Of a DNA stretch of 64,000 bases, positions 57,536-64,000 are shown piece after piece (position 1 is the first letter of the stretch; each line of letters begins with the position of its first letter). The DNA lies in contig OZ361256.1 in the NCBI GenBank assembly GCA_977018835.1, forward strand, positions 682,001 through 746,000, in the 5' to 3' direction. The stretch comes from Minutocellus sp. GHC0000111. Its lineage: Eukaryota. A program made the position numbers and the translations under genes. The notes under the pieces were generated by a model. That model worked only from the letters and a program-made list of their open reading frames with translations. It was not told where the DNA came from and searched no databases.

Positions 57536-58696
57536 TCACTTACGCTTTTTCGTGGCCTTCTTCTTCGTCGCTTTCTTCGTTGGCTCATCCTCCTGCAGCA
57601 GCAATGGACCTTCAGCTACTCCCGCTCCTTTCCTTAGTCCTCGTCGCACATACCGTAGGACTTGGAATTTGAAGAGCGGATTGTTCTTGCTTTCGGATAG
57701 CATACTATTAAACTCCTCGGAGTTCAGCCCGTATTTGTCAATGATTTCCTCCGCCTGGAGAGGAAATGCGGAGCAAACTGCTCGAACCTTGGGACTTAGC
57801 AGCGGCTGGAAGGATGGGTCGCAAATGCTAATGCCTTCCGGAAGTCGGTCCAGATTGAGGGCCTGCTTGAGCTTCTCTTGCTGCTCCTTCCTCAACTCCT
57901 CAATATCAGTCATACTCCTTGCAAACATTTGAACTCGTTTCCTGCGATGAGCTCTTAGGAGCTTCTGTGCGACGGGATCTTCGTGAACATGTACCTTTTC
58001 CATGTTGAGGGCTGCGGCCAAGCGATAGAGGTATGCCTGCTCCATCACTTTCTCCTTGAGTGCTGGATTGCTTCCGACCTCGCGGCCAAGCTGGTTGAAT
58101 TGTGGAATTGTTAGGCCAAGGTTTCGAACCACTTTGGCAGCCTGCAAAACATACGACACCGAAACTCGACGAAAAGTCTCCTCGTCGACTGGTTTGGTCG
58201 CAGACGCCGAAGAAGCTGACGAGTGGATGCTCGCCTGCTTCCCCTTGCCACCGCCCAGAGCCGACGTCAGAGACCGACTCAACCGTGCAAGGGGTGAGCT
58301 GCAACTGTCCGACATGACTTCGTTGGCAACGTCGGCTCTCTCCGAGATGGCCGAGGTACCTGCCTGCCTGGCAGAGGCGACGGCGGCATTGGACGAGGAT
58401 GCCACGACATCCCTGGCCCGACGAATGCCCTCCGTAGCCGCCAGGCATGCTGCGTACCTGTCGTACTTGGTCTCGTTGGCCGACGGAAAGAGAGTGGGAA
58501 CGTCCAGCGAAGACAAGAACGAGGGCCAGGAAACGAACTTTCTACCCGAATTGCTGGCATCTGCTGCTTTGCTGGTCCGGCCCATCCACCACCGTCCCTG
58601 CGCCGCAGCGGCTGCTGTGGGCTGGGGGAGGAACAGTGCGGCGGCGGCCAGCACATACGCACAAGAGACTACCTCGAATGCGCGATATCTTGTCAT
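57536..58696 (-). CDS. Signal-peptide protein with DUF4168-like repeats
   Basis: VVRNLGLTIPQFNQL and IIDKYGLNSEEFNSM; hydrophobic N-terminal signal. Confidence 0.65.
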   Translation of the reverse strand: MTRYRAFEVVSCAYVLAAAALFLPQPTAAAAAQGRWWMGRTSKAADASNSGRKFVSWPSFLSSLDVPTLFPSANETKYDRYAACLAATEGIRRARDVVASSSNAAVASARQAGTSAISERADVANEVMSDSCSSPLARLSRSLTSALGGGKGKQASIHSSASSASATKPVDEETFRRVSVSYVLQAAKVVRNLGLTIPQFNQLGREVGSNPALKEKVMEQAYLYRLAAALNMEKVHVHEDPVAQKLLRAHRRKRVQMFARSMTDIEELRKEQQEKLKQALNLDRLPEGISICDPSFQPLLSPKVRAVCSAFPLQAEEIIDKYGLNSEEFNSMLSESKNNPLFKFQVLRYVRRGLRKGAGVAEGPLLLQEDEPTKKATKKKATKKRK

Positions 58697-59493
58697 CTTT
58701 CTTCCTGGATTCTGCCCAGCGCTATGAAACACCGGGAAATGATGCCGCCTGCTCCTCCTGGCCTTCGGCTACTCGTGCAGAAGCCTTCGATATGCTTTCT
58801 CCGCCCTTGCCGGCCTCGTCTTTGCTGCTGGTTTTGGCGCCAAAAATGAGCTCAACAGCTTGAAATTTTTGCAGTTTCTCAATGACCTCATACATGTACC
58901 CTCAAGAGCGCACTTTGGCCTCGGTGAACATGTGTTTATTTTCTTTTTCCGAGAGAGGAACAAGCAAGTCAACCAAGGGTACGTTCCTGAGAGGGATAAG
59001 TCAGTATTGGGCTGGCAGAGGCAGTTGCTGTCTTCTTCGGTGCCATGGGAAGTGAACCCGGTGCTTATTTTCTCGCTAGCTGAAAGTTTGCTGTGATTTT
59101 GTCCCGATGTTCTTCGCGTATCTTCGGAGAGTTCGGATTCAATGTGACAAAAATGGTGTGGAGATTCTCTGCCATGTTTGGGTTGTTCCTCCTACTTTTC
59201 TGGATTTGATTGGCCAAAAAGTTATGTGGGCAGCAGCATACTGTACCTGTGTCTGCAGCGGGGCGATGCGCATCGATTATAATTTCGGCATAAGTGGCTA
59301 AAATCATGCATTGGAACTCGGCACATAAATAAATGCAGATGAGCAACTATGGGCTCATGCGGTAGGGTTGCGTGTTGAGGTTCTATCCTGCATCGTTTCT
59401 TTTCATTAGTCTCTCACATTTCTTTTTCCGTACTGCTTTCATCTTTTTGCGCCGCCAGCAGCTTTATTCGGACAATTTATCTCCTCGATCAAG

Positions 59494-60246
59494 ATGGGTG
59501 CCGCAGAATCGAGACTCGAAAAGACGGATTGGGCCACTGCCGATGGCGGAATGAAGGATGGCGATGTTACCCTTGCCGGTAACACGCCAACGCATGGTCC
59601 AAAGACGATTACACTGAAGAAGACCAACATGATTAAGAACCGGATCTATGACATTTCGGACGACAAGGGCAACCTTTTGCTTCAGGTCAAGGAAACCCCC
59701 GTGTGCATTCAGTGGTTTGAGCTTACGACTCCAGCCAAGGGCAACCCTCCCACATTCCAGCATCTGGCCCGCGGTCTGAAGAAGCTCAAAACTCCCAATA
59801 CATGGACGATTGTTAGTTACCTCAACCCTGCCTTTCCTGGACAGGAAGCGGACAAGACGTGCAGAATGGATAACGAATTCATTGAGGACCTGCAAAAGCC
59901 ATTGTATCCCATCTATGAGCTCCACTACAATGCGGCCAAGTCTCATGCCACCATCTGTCCCATGGTCAAGGATCCGACGGGAGAGAATAAGAGCGGTGTG
60001 AAGGGAGAGCCCGTCCTTATTTTGGAGAAGGTCAAGAGCCTGAACAAGGAAATTTATCAGACATCCCCGCCCGATGCCGAGCAATTGAGCAGCTATTGGA
60101 CATGGGAGAATACTTTTTCTGAGCACAAGATGGTTCTGAAGACGTCAAAGGGCGTCGACCTCAGCCTTCATTGTATCCTCGCCGTGCTTGTCAATGTGGT
60201 GAAAGAGACGGAGAAGTTCCCCTTCCTTGGTGCCATGACTGAGTAG
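59494..60246 (+). CDS. Hypothetical protein, possibly N-myristoylated, tubby/LURP-one-like beta barrel
   Basis: MGAAES start; YDISDDKGNLLLQV; C-terminal GVDLSLHCILAV helix. Confidence 0.6.
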   Translation: MGAAESRLEKTDWATADGGMKDGDVTLAGNTPTHGPKTITLKKTNMIKNRIYDISDDKGNLLLQVKETPVCIQWFELTTPAKGNPPTFQHLARGLKKLKTPNTWTIVSYLNPAFPGQEADKTCRMDNEFIEDLQKPLYPIYELHYNAAKSHATICPMVKDPTGENKSGVKGEPVLILEKVKSLNKEIYQTSPPDAEQLSSYWTWENTFSEHKMVLKTSKGVDLSLHCILAVLVNVVKETEKFPFLGAMTE

Positions 60247-60657
60247 AAGAGCAGAGGAGTACTTCAGCGGAGATGAGAAGAGCGTAACGTATCGATCGGC
60301 ACCGGTAGAGATCTTCTACCGGCTTTAGAGCGGTGTGAGCAGCAGACTTTCAATTTTTGTGTGTTCCCTGTGCGTAGAGTCCATATTTATATATAGTACG
60401 TAATGAATGATTGAATTGCCGGCATGCATGACCGTAGATCTATCGGCTACCGGCTCCGCCTTCCTACCGGCGGTACATGTACATGTACCGGAAATTCCTC
60501 TTCCGATGGCCTCTATCGAAAAGTACAGAACACCTGAGCCGAATTCTCGCTCAGCCACCCAAAACCCAAAACCCATGAGGTCAAATATCACGGCTGGATC
60601 AGTTCTTTTGGCTGAGTTCAGTGGCAACCAGCCTCAGTCAGAAGATAAACACACAAC

Positions 60658-63156
60658 ATGTTTGCGGTAGGACGTTACGATCCTCGTGCCGAAGATGCAG
60701 CGGCGACGGCAGCAGCAACAGCAAAGCGAACGAAGCAAGCCAAAAAGAAGAGGAAGACAACGAGGTCGAAAGAGCCGCCAAGTACTCCTAACGACGTCGT
60801 TGTGGAGCAGCCCCTCACTTCGATAGATGGGGGGGGAGGTGAAGAGGTTATGACAAATGACCGAGCTCATCCAAGTATGAAAGAAAGAGACGGAAATGGT
60901 TCCGATTCGAGTTCAATGCCGTACTCGTCCGGCGACTCAGATTCGAGTTCGTTGCCATATTCAAGTGATGATGACGGAGATGCGAGTAGTGGTGATGAAG
61001 AGGACGCTAATGCAAACAGCAAGGACATGGAGAAGTCATCTCTAAGGGTGATTGCGCCAGAACAGAAGTTCCCTGCTGCTGGGGTGAAGCGTCGCCGAAC
61101 TGGTATGACCGATGAAGGATTAGATGACTTCGATGTTGAGGAAGATCGACAGGCCGTGGGGAGCAAAACAGATGAAGGTGCAGTCCCTCTGACGGACCAG
61201 CAGCGGTTGCACAATGCGGAGATATCCACAGCACTGCAGCTTTCTCGCCTTCCCATCCGTGATGCGGCCAAGGTTTGGAATCTACCATCGTTCTTAGTGT
61301 CCAATCTCGAAAGGGATGGTTATGAAAACTTCTTTCCAATCCAATCTCTTGTCATTCCTGACGTTATTGCATCAGAGCGTCATTCGCAAATCCGAATTCG
61401 AGATATTTGCGTCTCCGCACCAACAGGAAGTGGGAAATCATTGGCATTTGTTTTACCAGTGTTGAATGCTCTATCGAGTACAACAGTGCGGAGGCTGCGT
61501 GCCTTGGTGGTCCTACCAAGCCGAGATTTAGCAACGCAGGTCTATAAGGTATTCAAGAGATATTCTGAGGGGTCACAATTGCAAGTTGGTCTGGCGATCG
61601 GTCAAACTGATTTTGAGGCCGAACAGAAGGCACTGATTCTTGGGTCTACTGGTAACAAGTCCCATTCGGTTGCTGATGCTAGAGAGGACGGTGACTTTGC
61701 CGTATTGCGTCATGCATTCAACCCAACCAATCCGAAATTTGCAGTGGAAGCGTTCGCTCGCTCCCCGGGATATTTCCTGGAGCAGCAACGTCCAGAAGGT
61801 GTTGGAAATGGAATTTCTTCGGCCTTATCGACTCCTCTGGGCGGGCGCAGTGCTGTTGATATTCTCGTTGCAACGCCCGGTCGGCTCATCGATCATTTGG
61901 ACAAGACGCCTGGATTCGCCTTGCAGCATCTCCGTTTCCTTGTCATCGACGAAGCTGATAGGCTTCTCAACCAGTCCTATCAGGGCTGGATCCATCGTGT
62001 AACCACTGCAGCCACATCATCCAATACCATTGGACACCAAACGAATCCAAATCATCAAGCCACAGTTCGTAATGGTGTCTCCCTTGCCCTTGATCCCGTT
62101 ACCTGGAGAAAAAGCATGACCAACGATCGGTCTACTTCGATAGCTGCATCAGTCAGCCGTCCAGTCCCATTGCGGAAGATGCTCTTCTCGGCGACACTCA
62201 CTCGTGATCCTCAGAAACTTGCTTCTCTTGGACTTGTCAATCCAAAGCATTTTGATGCTCACCATTTGAATGTCAAGGCTGGGATGGAGGCCAAGGGTGG
62301 GGGTGATATGGGTATGGACCACCACGTGCGTGCCTCTACTCAGAGATATTCCGTACCTCCAAGTTTATCGGAGCATAAGCTCGTTTATACTGCAGAACAG
62401 AAGCCACTGGTTCTTATGGCGCTTTTGCTTCAGCATATATCTGACGCAAGGCAAACTAAAAAGAGACGGGGCAACATGGTTGTGGTCTTTACGTCCAGTC
62501 TGGATTCCACCCATCGGCTGGCACGTCTGCTGCAGCTTCTGTGGAGTGCGGCCGGATATGGACCTACCACCGTGATCGCAGAATTCTCGAGTGCTCTTTC
62601 GCAAAAACAACGATCAAAGCTGATGAGACGGTGCGCTGTTCCAGTGGTTTCTTCGGGCGAAGATCAGAATCGAGTATCTGTTATAATTTGCTCGGATGGT
62701 ATGTCAAGAGGAATGGATCTACCGAACGTCGGTGCAGTCACCAATTATGATGTCCCTCGATATGCCAAAACCTATGTCCACCGATGTGGTAGAACCGCAC
62801 GAGCGGGCAAGGAGGGCAGGGCTATTAGCGTATTGAAAGGTGGCCAGGTGGGACAATTCGTGAAGATGCGTAAGCTTATTGATGATCCTAGTCGAGTGGA
62901 GGAAATGAAATTGAAGAAGGAGCTTGTCGGTGGTGCCATTGGTGTCTATCAAGCGTGTATGAAAGCATTACGAGGTGTTATCGATGCCGAGGAAAGTGGT
63001 GACTTAGAAGCTGCGGCTCCATTGACGGATGAGTGGGTGCCGCGAGTAAAGTGTGCAAAGCCGGCTGGCAGTGACTCCGCAGCTTCCAGTAGATCCAGCG
63101 GCAGCGATATTTCCAGTGAGGAAGAGGATGCGATTGAGCTGGGCGAGCAAGGATAG
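60658..63156 (+). CDS. DDX51: DEAD-box RNA helicase DDX51/Dbp6
   Basis: FFPIQ, DICVSAPTGSGKS, PSRDLA, TPGRL.DH, DEADRLL, FSATLT.DP.KL..L.L.NP, RGMD, YVHRCGRTARAG. Confidence 0.92.
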   Translation: MFAVGRYDPRAEDAAATAAATAKRTKQAKKKRKTTRSKEPPSTPNDVVVEQPLTSIDGGGGEEVMTNDRAHPSMKERDGNGSDSSSMPYSSGDSDSSSLPYSSDDDGDASSGDEEDANANSKDMEKSSLRVIAPEQKFPAAGVKRRRTGMTDEGLDDFDVEEDRQAVGSKTDEGAVPLTDQQRLHNAEISTALQLSRLPIRDAAKVWNLPSFLVSNLERDGYENFFPIQSLVIPDVIASERHSQIRIRDICVSAPTGSGKSLAFVLPVLNALSSTTVRRLRALVVLPSRDLATQVYKVFKRYSEGSQLQVGLAIGQTDFEAEQKALILGSTGNKSHSVADAREDGDFAVLRHAFNPTNPKFAVEAFARSPGYFLEQQRPEGVGNGISSALSTPLGGRSAVDILVATPGRLIDHLDKTPGFALQHLRFLVIDEADRLLNQSYQGWIHRVTTAATSSNTIGHQTNPNHQATVRNGVSLALDPVTWRKSMTNDRSTSIAASVSRPVPLRKMLFSATLTRDPQKLASLGLVNPKHFDAHHLNVKAGMEAKGGGDMGMDHHVRASTQRYSVPPSLSEHKLVYTAEQKPLVLMALLLQHISDARQTKKRRGNMVVVFTSSLDSTHRLARLLQLLWSAAGYGPTTVIAEFSSALSQKQRSKLMRRCAVPVVSSGEDQNRVSVIICSDGMSRGMDLPNVGAVTNYDVPRYAKTYVHRCGRTARAGKEGRAISVLKGGQVGQFVKMRKLIDDPSRVEEMKLKKELVGGAIGVYQACMKALRGVIDAEESGDLEAAAPLTDEWVPRVKCAKPAGSDSAASSRSSGSDISSEEEDAIELGEQG

Positions 63157-63404
63157 ATCTAGAATGACGAGAGCATGCTGGAGGAATAGGTGACATCGGT
63201 TTTATCAATGCATCGTATTGCAAAGAGTGAACGTTCTAATTTTACGTGAGGAATCGCTGATTGGATATCTGTAGTCTACCCTATTAGCTAAAAACTAAGG
63301 GAAGAGCATGTATCGCAAAGGCGGGCACGCTAAAAGAGCAGCCGTGCATAAAAATCATACTTGATGAAGAATGTGCAGGAAGACAAAAGAAAGAACCACA
63401 AAAT

Positions 63405-63499
63405 TCCGCTGAGGAGGAATCGAACCTCCGACCGATGGATAACTTTTCGCCTGTTGGCGCCTCTACAGTCCACCGCTCTACCAACTGAGCTATCAGCGG
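63405..63499 (-). tRNA. tRNA-Tyr(GTA) with 22-nt canonical intron (63441-63462)
   Basis: CCGCTGA acceptor stem, TAGCTCAGTTGGTAGAGC D arm, GTGGA-CTGTAG anticodon arm, GGTTCGATTCC T arm; intron after position 37. Confidence 0.95.
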
Positions 63500-64000
63500 G
63501 ATTGGCTGACGGGAAGCGGTCATCACGGTTCAAAATCTCTAAAAAATAATTAGTAATTGATTTGATTCATTCCATGAGAGATTGTGAAGGAAAGGTGAGG
63601 GGTTTGGGTTGAAGGATATTCATTTCGTGGTAAGTCTTCGCAAGTTGCAGGCGAATGTCGAAGTGCGTTTTTCGTCTTCGTCACCGCCATCGTCGCATCA
63701 TTCGATCATGGCGCATGGCGCGCATCAATGAGTTCGTCCGCCGTCCGTTCTGAAAGCTTCGATTCGCTTGAAAGTCGCTTGGAAGGCAGCGATGCATAAT
63801 AGCTACGTAGCATAGATTGAACTCAAGTTGCAATTGCAAAGTGAATTATGCCCTCGAAAAGGAAAGGGAGCAGCAATTCGTCAGGAAATGATGGTGATTC
63901 ATCGCCATCGCCCCCAGATGCTGAGGCTGACCAAACCCGACCGCCGGCATCGGCATCGGCACCGCATCACCAACCGCTCGTTCCTGGCACTGTCCTCCGA

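Overview
Gene-dense eukaryotic nuclear DNA, most likely from a diatom. This is inferred from short GT-AG introns, bipartite plastid-targeting presequences and diatom-type protein families. It holds about 30 protein genes, including an FAD monooxygenase, DDHD phospholipase, formate-THF ligase, cystinosin, PurU, VPS15, PIG-B, nitronate monooxygenase, an organelle-type topoisomerase II, TRAPPC1, YEATS, a PIH1 protein, TruA, VPS26, ERD2 and DDX51/Dbp6. It also has an intron-containing tRNA-Tyr, a 3.47-kb DD39D mariner-like transposon with TIRs and TA duplication, and a TA-flanked non-autonomous element. Four things stand out. (1) The transposon and nearby repeat hairpins appear to carry a directional TpA->TpG/CpA mutation signature, the reverse of fungal RIP, which may reflect a repeat-targeted mutagenic defence. 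(2) Intergenic DNA is packed with TA-centred palindromic words. (3) About nine host genes carry nonsense codons, frameshifts, truncations or an insertion, pointing to a decaying haplotype or assembly error. (4) There are several unusual genes: a toxin-like HNH/Zn nuclease domain, a mitochondrion-targeted SRP54 M-domain-only protein, and a TruA gene split by an antisense kinase-fragment insert. All calls come from reading the sequence by eye; no database searches were run.
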